The position numbers and the translations under genes were made by a program. The notes beneath the pieces are model-generated. The model ran no database searches and was not told the DNA's origin. It saw only the letters and a list, made by a program, of their open reading frames with translations. 64,000 nucleotides of DNA, from positions 14,919-78,918 of the forward strand of contig CANROB010000003.1 of assembly GCA_947632115.1 (NCBI GenBank), given 5' to 3'. This document shows, one piece after another, positions 18,072 to 26,903 of this stretch. This DNA is from an uncultured Bacilli bacterium (GTDB lineage: Bacteria; Bacillota_I; Bacilli_A; RF39; UBA660). The first letter of the stretch is position 1. Each line of letters starts with the position of its first letter.

Positions 18072-19826
18072 CTATTCTAAGACAGCTTTGATTCGTCTTA
18101 CACCGGCACTAGAAGCCTCTTCCTTGATAATTTTAAAATGACCTAGCTCCCGTGTATTTTTAACATGTGGTCCCCCACATAATTCTTTCGAAACCGTCCC
18201 AATAGAGTAAACGGTTACAATATCTGGATATTTTTCTAGGAACATACACTCTGCTCCACTAGCAATCGCATCTTCCTTTTTCATCTCTTCTACTTGAACT
18301 TCTAGTCCTTCTTCTATCCAAGCATTGACAAGGTCTTCTGCTTTTCTTTTTTCTTCCTCTGTCAATTTATGATCACAACTAAAATCAAACCGCATTCTTT
18401 CTGCTGTAATATTGCTTCCTTTTTGGTGAACGTCTTTTCCAACAACTTCTTTTAAAGCTGCATTTAGTAAATGGGTAGCAGTATGGTATTTCGTCTCAAT
18501 TTCCCCATTTCCAGCTAAACCACCTTTAAATTTACCAGCAGATGCCGTTCTTGATAATTCTTGGTGTTCCTTGAAACGCTTTTCAAATCCCGCTTCATCT
18601 ACCGAAATACCTCTTTCACTAGCGAGTTCCACGGTAAGTTCAATAGGAAATCCATAGGTATCATATAGGTGAAAAGCGGTAAGATCATCAATAGAATGAT
18701 TTCTTTGAAGGGCTTTTTCAAATTCTTTTAATCCCTTTTCAAGTGTTCGATTGAATTTTTCTTTCTCATTCGTTAAGACTTCTAAAACAACTCCACGATT
18801 TTCTTCTAATTCATGATAATAGCTAGCATATTGGTCTAGGATAACGGAAGCAAGTTCCACTTCCCAATTAGAGTCCATTGGAATATTTAATTTTTTGGCA
18901 TGACGGATAGCTCTTCTAATTAATCTTCTTAAGATATATCCCTGATCGGTATTGCTTGGTTTAATCCCCGCTGGGTCAGCACTGATAAAAACAGCCGTCC
19001 TAATATGATCCGCAATAATCCGCATTGACTTTTGATATTCTCCCTCGTAAGGAAGACCAGAAATAGAAGAGATTTTCTCTATCACTTTTTTCCAAATACT
19101 AGATAAATAGTTATCGTTTACTCCCTCCAAGATAGCTGTTGTTCTTTCAACGCCCATTCCGGTATCGACATTCTTATGAGGAAGATTCGTTACTTTTCCA
19201 TCTTGATTCTTATGATATTGCATGAATACATTGTTCCAAATTTCTACCCAGCGGCTATCTTCTGGATCAAAAACTTCTGGAATTTCTTCCTCACTACGGA
19301 AATAAAAAATCTCCGTATCTGGTCCACAAGGTCCTGATTCTCCTGCTATCCAAAAGTTATCAGAAACAGTTTTCGCAATTCTTTCTTTAGGAATTCCTAA
19401 ACTTAACCATTTCTCGTAACTTTCCTCGTCAAATGGAATTGTATCATCCCCAGCAAATACCGTAACCGCTAAACGATTAACCGGAATATTCAAGTCTTTT
19501 GTTAAAAATTCGAAACTCCAACTAATACTTTCTTCTTTGAAATAATCCCCTAAACTCCAGTTTCCTAACATTTCAAAGAATGTATGATGAGTCGTATCTC
19601 CAACAGAATCTAGGTCATTGGTACGGATACATTTTTGATAGTCACATAATCTCGTACCATAAGGATGAGGTTGTCCCATCAAATAAGGAATTAAAGGCTG
19701 CATACCAGCCGTATTAAATAAAACACTAGGGTCATTTTCTGGAACAACAGGCGCAGAAGGAATCTGCTTATGACCATGTCTTACAAAAAAATCTATATAG
19801 TAATCTTTTAAATTCAAATTCATCAC
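18072..19826 (-). CDS. alaS: alanine--tRNA ligase, unusually compact form (584 aa)
   Basis: Class II AlaRS motifs (FNTAGMQP, HHTFFEMLGNWS, GPCGPDTEIF, DTGMGVERT), then an editing-core HTATHLL ... CGGPHV. No sequence follows the editing core. Confidence 0.8.
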   Translation of the reverse strand: MMNLNLKDYYIDFFVRHGHKQIPSAPVVPENDPSVLFNTAGMQPLIPYLMGQPHPYGTRLCDYQKCIRTNDLDSVGDTTHHTFFEMLGNWSLGDYFKEESISWSFEFLTKDLNIPVNRLAVTVFAGDDTIPFDEESYEKWLSLGIPKERIAKTVSDNFWIAGESGPCGPDTEIFYFRSEEEIPEVFDPEDSRWVEIWNNVFMQYHKNQDGKVTNLPHKNVDTGMGVERTTAILEGVNDNYLSSIWKKVIEKISSISGLPYEGEYQKSMRIIADHIRTAVFISADPAGIKPSNTDQGYILRRLIRRAIRHAKKLNIPMDSNWEVELASVILDQYASYYHELEENRGVVLEVLTNEKEKFNRTLEKGLKEFEKALQRNHSIDDLTAFHLYDTYGFPIELTVELASERGISVDEAGFEKRFKEHQELSRTASAGKFKGGLAGNGEIETKYHTATHLLNAALKEVVGKDVHQKGSNITAERMRFDFSCDHKLTEEEKRKAEDLVNAWIEEGLEVQVEEMKKEDAIASGAECMFLEKYPDIVTVYSIGTVSKELCGGPHVKNTRELGHFKIIKEEASSAGVRRIKAVLE

Positions 19827-19829
19827 CCT

Positions 19830-20372
19830 CTATATTTGTTCTAAGATGGATAGCAATCTTTTGTGATAGGCATCAATATCATGATTGTTATCGATATAAT
19901 AATCCGCATAAGCGATAGGTCCTCCCTTAGCGGAATTTTCAATTTCGGCGATATCTCTTGCTATCGCTTGTTCTCTTGTTAGTGGTCTAACCTCCCGGCA
20001 AGCAAGACGACTATACCGTAATTCTTTATCGGCAATAACAGCAATCACCTTTAATTGATCTCCTAATTCGTCTTTTAGAATTTTTAGTTCATCCCAAGAA
20101 TAAAGGCCATCTAAAACCGTATTTTCTTCTTCACTATATTCCTTAATTCGAGGAAGTAAGATTTTCGCATAAGCACCCATACCGAGTTCCTTGCGAAGTC
20201 CTTCCCGCATCATTTTCTCATTTTCCGGAGTAACCTCTAGGTTCGCTTCTTTTAATTTTTCCATGGTCACTCCACCAAAGTAAACTTTCTTCCATCCTAA
20301 AGATTCTAATAAAGAGGAAGCTACTGATTTACCGCTTCCACACATTCCTACAATCGCTACTACTTTTTTCAT
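19830..20372 (-). CDS. P-loop nucleotide/nucleoside kinase-like protein (dephospho-CoA-kinase-related)
   Basis: The start at 20372 (MKKVVAIVGMCGSGKS, Walker A) forms an ATGA overlap with the upstream gene's stop. The track's 40-aa N-terminal extension is rejected. Confidence 0.7.
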   Translation of the reverse strand: MKKVVAIVGMCGSGKSVASSLLESLGWKKVYFGGVTMEKLKEANLEVTPENEKMMREGLRKELGMGAYAKILLPRIKEYSEEENTVLDGLYSWDELKILKDELGDQLKVIAVIADKELRYSRLACREVRPLTREQAIARDIAEIENSAKGGPIAYADYYIDNNHDIDAYHKRLLSILEQI

Positions 20373-21571
20373 TCTTCCTCCTCTAATCTTTCCTGTTCTT
20401 GAAAGAGACGATATTTTTCTCCTACAAAATTCCATAAAATTTTTAAAACAGCAATAATTGGTACGGAAAGGGCCATACCGATAATTCCCCATAAATGCTC
20501 AAAAATCAATAATCCAATAATAATGGTAACGGGGTGTAATTTTGTCGATTTACTCATGATATATTCCTGTAAGAAGTTTCCCTCAAAGAATTGAATAACG
20601 ACAATAGAAACAAGCGTTAAAAGACCAATCGTAGGGTTCATAGAAAATCCAACAATTAAAGCAGGTACTGCTCCAATATAAGGTCCAATATAAGGAATAA
20701 CATTCGTAATCGCACAGAAAATAGCAAAGAGTAATGGTGCTCTTAGACCAACAAAACTAAAAGCTATAGAGCAGATAATGAAAACGACAAATGCATCGAT
20801 AAGTACTCCCCGAATATAATTTTTTAAGGTTTGATTAATTTTTCCAAAAAGATAATCGGCATCTTTACGCCAGTTTTGAGGAAAAAGATAGATAAATGTC
20901 TCTTCTACATTATCAAAACTAAGGAGTAAAAAGAAACCAATGACAAGTCCTACTACTAAAACACTAAAGACGGAAATAATAGAACTTCCCACATTGACAA
21001 TAAGATCTGGTAAAGACTCATATAAACCATTCCCGAATGTCTCAAGCTGTGAGAATAACGTACTTTTAAAATTCTCAATATCAATAGCATCAATTACTTC
21101 AAAGCGAGCAAAAAGATGATTAATCCACTCTTCAATCGTATTAAAAAGCGATGGAATGGTTCCTACAAAATCGATAATCTGTTCATATAAAACAGGAATC
21201 AAAGTTCCCATAAAAAGTGCAATTCCGCCAAGCAATAGGAAATAGGAAATCAGAACACCAAAGAACCGTTTTACGCCGTGTTTCTGCATCCATTTTACAA
21301 ACGGATGGAAAAGCCAAGCAATGACAATTCCTATAAAAAGTGGGCTTAATATTTCTAATACAGTTACGATTAAACTGACCACTTTTAATTCTCGTAAGAT
21401 AACAATTCCTACCCAAGAAATTAAAATGATTAATAAAATTAAAAGAACTTTTAATATTTTTTTTGTTAGATTTAAAACCTCGTTTAGGGTTTTATTATCC
21501 ACCTGTTTTTTATTATCTCTAAACACTTTTCTCACCATACCCATTATACCAAATATAGTAGGATAGTGCAA
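20369..21571 (-). CDS. AI-2E family transporter (PerM-like permease); start uncertain
   Basis: 400-aa polytopic membrane protein with the family-typical length and C-terminal PYIGP...HPV segments. Confidence 0.75.
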   Translation of the reverse strand: MHYPTIFGIMGMVRKVFRDNKKQVDNKTLNEVLNLTKKILKVLLILLIILISWVGIVILRELKVVSLIVTVLEILSPLFIGIVIAWLFHPFVKWMQKHGVKRFFGVLISYFLLLGGIALFMGTLIPVLYEQIIDFVGTIPSLFNTIEEWINHLFARFEVIDAIDIENFKSTLFSQLETFGNGLYESLPDLIVNVGSSIISVFSVLVVGLVIGFFLLLSFDNVEETFIYLFPQNWRKDADYLFGKINQTLKNYIRGVLIDAFVVFIICSIAFSFVGLRAPLLFAIFCAITNVIPYIGPYIGAVPALIVGFSMNPTIGLLTLVSIVVIQFFEGNFLQEYIMSKSTKLHPVTIIIGLLIFEHLWGIIGMALSVPIIAVLKILWNFVGEKYRLFQEQERLEEEE

Positions 21572-21594
21572 ACAAAATTGTATGGTCTTACTTC

Positions 21595-22458
21595 CTAAGA
21601 AGAAATTTTGTTATTTGTAAAAATTGCCATTTTCGCTTTTTCTAAAGCAACTTCTTGTTTGATTTTTTCCGATTCTAAAAAAGCTTCTGGGAAGTGTTTT
21701 TTACTCTCTTCTAACTCAAAGAGAAATTCTTCCATATCTGGTATCGCTTTAAAAGCATCAAAGAAAGAAGCGGTAAAAGCAAGAAAATCTGGATAGTGAG
21801 TATTATCCCTTGCTATCATCTCTTGATATTGTTTTTGCTGTTCTTTTGAAAATTCTTGGTTAGAGATACTATTTTCTATCGTAACATGATAGCGCATTAA
21901 AAACTCATCATAGGAAAATACTCTCTTCGTAAGAAGATCAAATAGATAGAACACACCCTCTAAATCCGCTTTTAAAAAAGGACGTTTATTCGCTCTTTTT
22001 CCCTCTCTTGTTGGAGAATCATAAGAACAAGTGATAAAAGAAAACTCGGAAAATAAAAAACTAAGGGCAGTATTAGCATCATAAATACAAAAATGTACTT
22101 GTGATGCAGGTCTTGCTGCATGAAGAGAAATCGGTATTCCACCAGTAATCGTAAGAGAAGAATGTCTCATTTTTTCTTTTAAAGCAAGAGGAATCCCCAT
22201 AACAAAAGGATGCTTTTGATAACAAATCGTCTCATCGCCTAAAGGAGCAATCGCAAGTTTTGAAAAAAGAAGTCCCTCTTTTTTAGGATCTAACTCTCCT
22301 GTATCGACAAGAGCATGGAGAATCGTTTGAGCGATAGCTTCTTGATCTAATGGGTCTAACGTCTCCCCTCTTTTCATTCTGCGCTCAAGATAGAATAAAA
22401 TTTTTTCGGAACGATAAAAAACACAATTTAAAACTTCATATTCATATAAACTTTTCAT
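21595..22458 (-). CDS. hypothetical protein
   Basis: ORF with its start set at the ATG at 22458, after a GGGAGGG RBS. I recognise no motif. Confidence 0.6.
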   Translation of the reverse strand: MKSLYEYEVLNCVFYRSEKILFYLERRMKRGETLDPLDQEAIAQTILHALVDTGELDPKKEGLLFSKLAIAPLGDETICYQKHPFVMGIPLALKEKMRHSSLTITGGIPISLHAARPASQVHFCIYDANTALSFLFSEFSFITCSYDSPTREGKRANKRPFLKADLEGVFYLFDLLTKRVFSYDEFLMRYHVTIENSISNQEFSKEQQKQYQEMIARDNTHYPDFLAFTASFFDAFKAIPDMEEFLFELEESKKHFPEAFLESEKIKQEVALEKAKMAIFTNNKISS

Positions 22459-22521
22459 AGTGCCCTCCCACAAATATTTGTATTTTATCACAAAGAGCAC
22501 TAGCAGTCAAAAAAAGAGGCA

Positions 22522-23157
22522 TTAGCCTACTTTCTTAATCACGCCCTGATCAACACGGTAAAGAACGTCTGTCACTTTTTCAATATCTTCTTTGATATGC
22601 GTTGATAGAATAATCAATTTTCCTTCCTCTTTAAGCTTTAACAAGTAGTTTCTTAATCGCTCTACCGTCTCTTCTTCAATCCCGTTAAATGGTTCATCCA
22701 AAATAAGAATATCCGGATTTTCCATAAATGCTTGCGCTAAACCTAACTTTTGCTTCGTTCCCAAAGAGTATTTATAATAAAGTTTATTGCGTTCTTCATA
22801 AAGCCCTACTAATTTTAACGTCTCTAAAATTTCTTGCTTACCAATCTTTTTATTGATTTTAGCAAGCATTTCCAAATTTTCTAAACCAGTCATCGAATCG
22901 ATAAAAGAAGGATTTTCAATTAAAGCTCCTAAACTTTTAGGAAAACCGCCCTCTTTTAAATAATTGACTCCATCAAATAAAATCTCTCCCTCTGTCGGAT
23001 AATAAAGGCCGCATAAAAGCTTCAAAAGAACCGTTTTTCCACTTCCATTTCGACCAACTAAACTATAAATTTTACCACTTTCAAAAACGATATTCGTCTC
23101 TTTTAAAACTTCATTTTTTTGAAACTTTTTCGATACATTTTTTACTTCAATTTTCAT
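22522..23157 (-). CDS. ABC transporter ATP-binding protein
   Basis: Walker A GRNGSGKT, signature LGTKQKL (degenerate LSGGQ), Walker B ILILDEP. Confidence 0.9.
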   Translation of the reverse strand: MKIEVKNVSKKFQKNEVLKETNIVFESGKIYSLVGRNGSGKTVLLKLLCGLYYPTEGEILFDGVNYLKEGGFPKSLGALIENPSFIDSMTGLENLEMLAKINKKIGKQEILETLKLVGLYEERNKLYYKYSLGTKQKLGLAQAFMENPDILILDEPFNGIEEETVERLRNYLLKLKEEGKLIILSTHIKEDIEKVTDVLYRVDQGVIKKVG

Positions 23158-23165
23158 AAATCCTC

Positions 23166-23912
23166 CTATCCAATATCAAACTTTCGATGACGTAAAAGTC
23201 TATATAACAAGATAACTAGAAAACCTAAAAAGATGAAATAGATAATACTTAGTTCTATTTGTAATAAAAAGCTAGAAAAACGCTGCTGGTAAAAATATCC
23301 ATTGGGGGTTAAAATGATATCTTTTATGCTATGGATTGGTACATTTTCAAGAGGTGAAAAACTCAAAAACAAAATAACCAACAGTGACAAATAAGAAATA
23401 ATCTTCGGCAAGTATTTTAATAAAAGGACAAATATACTAAGTAATAATTGCATTAAGAGAAAATATTCTATCGTTTGAAATAGACAATACCAAATTCCTA
23501 AACCCTGTAAATACGTCTTCACGAAAAGAGAATTATTTGATCCCGCCATTAGAAAAGTGATATAGGAAATAAGACAAGTAATCAGGATGATAAAAAAGTA
23601 AACAATACTATTATGAATCCAGAACTTTTTAAAAAGTCTTCCTATATAATGCCGACGGTTTTGATATCGCAAAATCCATACCGTATCTAAATCATGATAT
23701 CTACATACCTGAATCGTCATATAAATCATGATTAAAAAAACAGGAAACTGAATCGAATCGAGATTCAAAGAAAGGAAACTTGCTAAATCATAATGAATCT
23801 TATTATCGATAACACTTAGTAAATTCAAAATCTCAAAAGCTACAATAGAAAGTAATGTCAAAAGAAACCCAGTATCATTTTTTGTATAAAGTCTAATTTC
23901 TTTCACTATCAA
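23166..23912 (-). CDS. polytopic membrane protein (probable ABC-2-type permease partner)
   Basis: 248-aa ORF with about six hydrophobic helices, adjacent to the ABC ATPase. Confidence 0.6.
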   Translation of the reverse strand: MIVKEIRLYTKNDTGFLLTLLSIVAFEILNLLSVIDNKIHYDLASFLSLNLDSIQFPVFLIMIYMTIQVCRYHDLDTVWILRYQNRRHYIGRLFKKFWIHNSIVYFFIILITCLISYITFLMAGSNNSLFVKTYLQGLGIWYCLFQTIEYFLLMQLLLSIFVLLLKYLPKIISYLSLLVILFLSFSPLENVPIHSIKDIILTPNGYFYQQRFSSFLLQIELSIIYFIFLGFLVILLYRLLRHRKFDIG

Positions 23913-24801
23913 TCAACAACCTCTCTTTATTTTTATAACAGAAATAAACCAGACCAAATGTTAGTAAGGCAAAGAACATACTCATGAGAAGAGGATAATA
24001 AAAATCCGTAGTTTGAAAATAGTTGAAAGAAAATACATCTAATAATTCTGGGTAGTTTTTCCATCCTATATACGACGAAACGCATCTTTGAACTATGGAA
24101 TGGCCACTATCAAATAACAAAAGTAAAGCATAAAAGATAATCATAGTAAGAAACAAGTTTTTGCTTTTTCTATCAGCTATTAATGCTAAATGGTATATAC
24201 CTAAAGAAAACAAGAAAAGCGATAAAAAATGAATCATATAAGGAAAAAATTCCGAAGATGGTAATGTTTTCGTAAATACATAACAGAAAAAATAGGCAAT
24301 TACCAAAAATGTTACAGGTAGTATCGCGATCAAAGTTCCCATTAGGTAATTGTTCCGAAACCATTTTTGATACGAAATCCGTACGAGTTCGTTTTTTAAT
24401 CTTCCTTTTTTCTTTTTCGTATGCCATAAATAAATCGATGAAAAGGCAATCAAGAAAATGAGCACCATACAAAATTCGGAGTAGAAAACAACCGTCACCT
24501 CTTCTGGTGAAGGAATTCCTTCTTCTGCTAATAATCGGTAGAAACTCCCTCCATCATAGTCATCTAAAAAATGAGCACCAGAAACATCTTTTAAATTTTG
24601 CTCTAAAGTAGCACAATAGTCTTCAAACCCTTCCTGAACAGGAGAACAATTAGCTTCGATTAGTTCCGTCAGATCCGTAGTTACATTTTCCTCATAATCT
24701 TGATCATATTTTAAAACAGAATAGAATGTCGATATAAAAAACATAAGAAGAATGAGAGAAGTTACAATAACACCAAAATATTTCTTTAAAAAGAGATTCA
24801 T
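23893..24801 (-). CDS. polytopic membrane protein, unknown function
   Basis: 302-aa ORF with an N-terminal TM helix, an extracytoplasmic loop and about five further helices. It overlaps the next gene by 20 nt. Confidence 0.6.
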   Translation of the reverse strand: MNLFLKKYFGVIVTSLILLMFFISTFYSVLKYDQDYEENVTTDLTELIEANCSPVQEGFEDYCATLEQNLKDVSGAHFLDDYDGGSFYRLLAEEGIPSPEEVTVVFYSEFCMVLIFLIAFSSIYLWHTKKKKGRLKNELVRISYQKWFRNNYLMGTLIAILPVTFLVIAYFFCYVFTKTLPSSEFFPYMIHFLSLFLFSLGIYHLALIADRKSKNLFLTMIIFYALLLLFDSGHSIVQRCVSSYIGWKNYPELLDVFSFNYFQTTDFYYPLLMSMFFALLTFGLVYFCYKNKERLLIDSERN

Positions 24802-24835
24802 ATCCTCACCATTTTCATTATAGCATATTTTGTCA

Positions 24836-24868
24836 AAAAAAAAGAAAAAGATGAGTTAAACACTCATC
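24836..24868 (-). terminator. rho-independent terminator after frr
   Basis: On the minus strand: GATGAGT-GTTTA-ACTCATC followed by TTTTTCTTTTTTTTT. The hairpin overlaps the frr stop codon. Confidence 0.8.
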
Positions 24869-25401
24869 AATTCTGTTTCTTTTGCCTTACATTTCTCGTC
24901 TACTTCTTTATTGTACTTTTGAATTAACTCTTGAACATCCTCTTCAGCTCCCTTTGCATCATCTTCAGGGATTTCTAATTTAGCAATCTCTTTATTGGCT
25001 TCCTGACGGATATTTCTTAGAACGATACGGCAGTCTTCTGCATAAGACTTTGCTTGTTTTACGTATTCTCTTCTCGTGTCTTCGGTAAGAGCGGGAATAT
25101 TTAGAATAATAATCTCACCATTATTATTTGGCGTAAGACCAATATTAGCTTCATAAATTCCTTTTTCAATCGCACTGATAGAACTTCTATCATAAGGTTT
25201 AATCGCTAATTGTCTTGCCTCAGGAATAGAAATTGTCGCTAACTGCTTTAAAGGAGTCTCAGCTCCATAATAATTTACCATAACGCCATCTAAAATAGCG
25301 GGATTCGCTCTTCCTGCCCGAATATTCGTGAATCTTTTTTCCATATTTTGAATGGCTTCTACCATTTCTAATTCTGTATTTTCTAATATCTCTTCTATCA
25401 T
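24856..25401 (-). CDS. frr: ribosome recycling factor
   Basis: 181-aa ORF with typical RRF sequence (FTNIRAGRANPAILD, IKPYD, LTEDTRREYVK). Confidence 0.95.
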   Translation of the reverse strand: MIEEILENTELEMVEAIQNMEKRFTNIRAGRANPAILDGVMVNYYGAETPLKQLATISIPEARQLAIKPYDRSSISAIEKGIYEANIGLTPNNNGEIIILNIPALTEDTRREYVKQAKSYAEDCRIVLRNIRQEANKEIAKLEIPEDDAKGAEEDVQELIQKYNKEVDEKCKAKETELMSV

Positions 25402-25409
25402 ATTTCCTC

Positions 25410-26825
25410 CTAATATTGTTTTCCAAAATAGATTTCATACTTAGCCCTAGCGCCACAACAGACGCATTTACCGTCCTCTACCTCGCGAATAATACATCTT
25501 GATTTATAAGTCGTATCTTCCTTAATTTTATCCTCACAAGTTTCTTTCCCACACCATCTGGTTTTAATAAATCCATTATGCTTTTTCGTGTGATCAAGAA
25601 ATTCTTCATAAGTAGAAGCTTCATAGATCATCTGATCTCGTCTTTCTTTTGCCCTATCAAACATATCTTTTTGAATTTTTGGTAAAAGTTCTAAAACGGT
25701 CGAGATCACTTCTTCTTTTTTTACTTTTATCTTTTCTAAAGTATCTCTTCTTACAACGGTAATAATGCCTTCTTTTAAGTCTCTTTCACCTACTTCTAAA
25801 CGAATAGGATATCCTTTTACCTCGGCCTCAGCAAACTTAAATCCTGGAGATTTCTCACTATTATCTACCATATAGGTAATATCCTTGGCTTTTAAGTCAC
25901 AAACGATTTCACTCACTACCTCATCTACTTTCCCAATGGGAATAATAGCTACCTTAGTAGGCGCAATATTAGGTGGAAGTACAAGCCCATAGTCATCTCC
26001 ATGTACCATAATAATAGAACCAATCATTCTAGTCGTTACTCCCCAAGAAGTTTGATAAGGGGTTTCTAACTCATTATTCTTATTTAAAAATTGAATTCCA
26101 AAGGCTTTCGCAAAACCATTTCCAAAATAATGACTTGTTCCATTTTGAAGAGCAATACCATCCCACATCATTGCTTCAATTGTATAGGATGCTTCTGCTC
26201 CTGCAAATTTTTCTTTTTCGGTTTTCTTTCCCGTAATCACAGGAAGGGCTAGATAATTTTCTTGTAGGTCTTGATAAACCCCTAGCATTCTTAGGGTTTC
26301 TTCTTTTGCTTCTTCTTCGGTTGCATGCATCGTATGGCCTTCTTGCCATAAAATTTCACGGCTTCTTAAGAAGGGTCTTGTTTCTTTTTCCCATCTTACA
26401 ATCGTACACCACTGATTATAAAGAAGTGGTAAATCCCGGTAAGACTTAATAATCTTTTTAAAGTGCTCACAGAACAATACTTCACTCGTTGGTCTTACAA
26501 TCATCTTCTCTTCTAATGGTTCTTTTCCTCCCTGAGTAACCCAAGCTACCTCAGGCGCAAAACCTTCGACATGTTCTTTTTCAATATTAAATAAACTTTC
26601 GGGAATAAACATCGGCATTTGGACATTGACATGACCAGTTTCTTTAAATTTCTGATCTAAAATTGCAACAATCCTTTCCCAAATAGCGTATCCGTAAGGT
26701 CTGATAATCATACTTCCTTTGACAGAAGAATAATCTACTAAATCTGCGGCTTTACAAACGTCTGTATACCATTTAGCGAAATCTACCTCACGCGATGTAA
26801 TTTTTTCATTTTTTTTCTCACTCAT
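25410..26825 (-). CDS. proS: proline--tRNA ligase, archaeal/eukaryote-like type (no INS editing domain)
   Basis: 471-aa class II synthetase (IRPYGYAIWE, WCTIVRWE, motif 3 region). It has a Cys-rich C-terminal domain and the terminal Tyr characteristic of this ProRS type. Confidence 0.9.
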   Translation of the reverse strand: MSEKKNEKITSREVDFAKWYTDVCKAADLVDYSSVKGSMIIRPYGYAIWERIVAILDQKFKETGHVNVQMPMFIPESLFNIEKEHVEGFAPEVAWVTQGGKEPLEEKMIVRPTSEVLFCEHFKKIIKSYRDLPLLYNQWCTIVRWEKETRPFLRSREILWQEGHTMHATEEEAKEETLRMLGVYQDLQENYLALPVITGKKTEKEKFAGAEASYTIEAMMWDGIALQNGTSHYFGNGFAKAFGIQFLNKNNELETPYQTSWGVTTRMIGSIIMVHGDDYGLVLPPNIAPTKVAIIPIGKVDEVVSEIVCDLKAKDITYMVDNSEKSPGFKFAEAEVKGYPIRLEVGERDLKEGIITVVRRDTLEKIKVKKEEVISTVLELLPKIQKDMFDRAKERRDQMIYEASTYEEFLDHTKKHNGFIKTRWCGKETCEDKIKEDTTYKSRCIIREVEDGKCVCCGARAKYEIYFGKQY

Positions 26826-26880
26826 TTTATTCCCTCCATTAAAATTATATCATAAACTATCTTTTTCGAATAGAGAAAAA

Positions 26881-26903
26881 AAGGAAAATTTCTATCTTCC
26901 TTA
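26881..26903 (-). terminator. possible terminator after mutL
   Basis: On the minus strand: AAGGAA...TTCC TT stem followed by TTTTTTCTC. The stem is short, so this is a weak call. Confidence 0.4.

Noticed and set aside
19830-20492. Long N-terminal extensions offered by the ORF track. The genes affected are the kinase-like gene, the pilin gene, pnp, rpsO, def, nusB, murG, the ABC-F gene, the InlB-repeat gene and the 48863 large gene.
   Set aside because: In each case an internal ATG is preceded by a good Shine-Dalgarno sequence and matches the conserved family N-terminus. The extension overlaps the upstream gene or an RBS, so the starts were trimmed.
21183-25456. Same-strand alternative-frame ORFs 21183..21416, 24173..24472 and 25259..25456 (also 37002..37259).
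   Set aside because: They are nested out of frame within well-supported membrane-protein, frr/proS and SEDS genes, and have no independent RBS.
26826-26900. Possible T-box leaders upstream of proS and alaS.
   Set aside because: The proS upstream spacer is only 75 nt, and alaS starts 3 nt after the preceding gene. Neither leaves room for a T-box (about 200 nt or more) with a specifier loop and an antiterminator.
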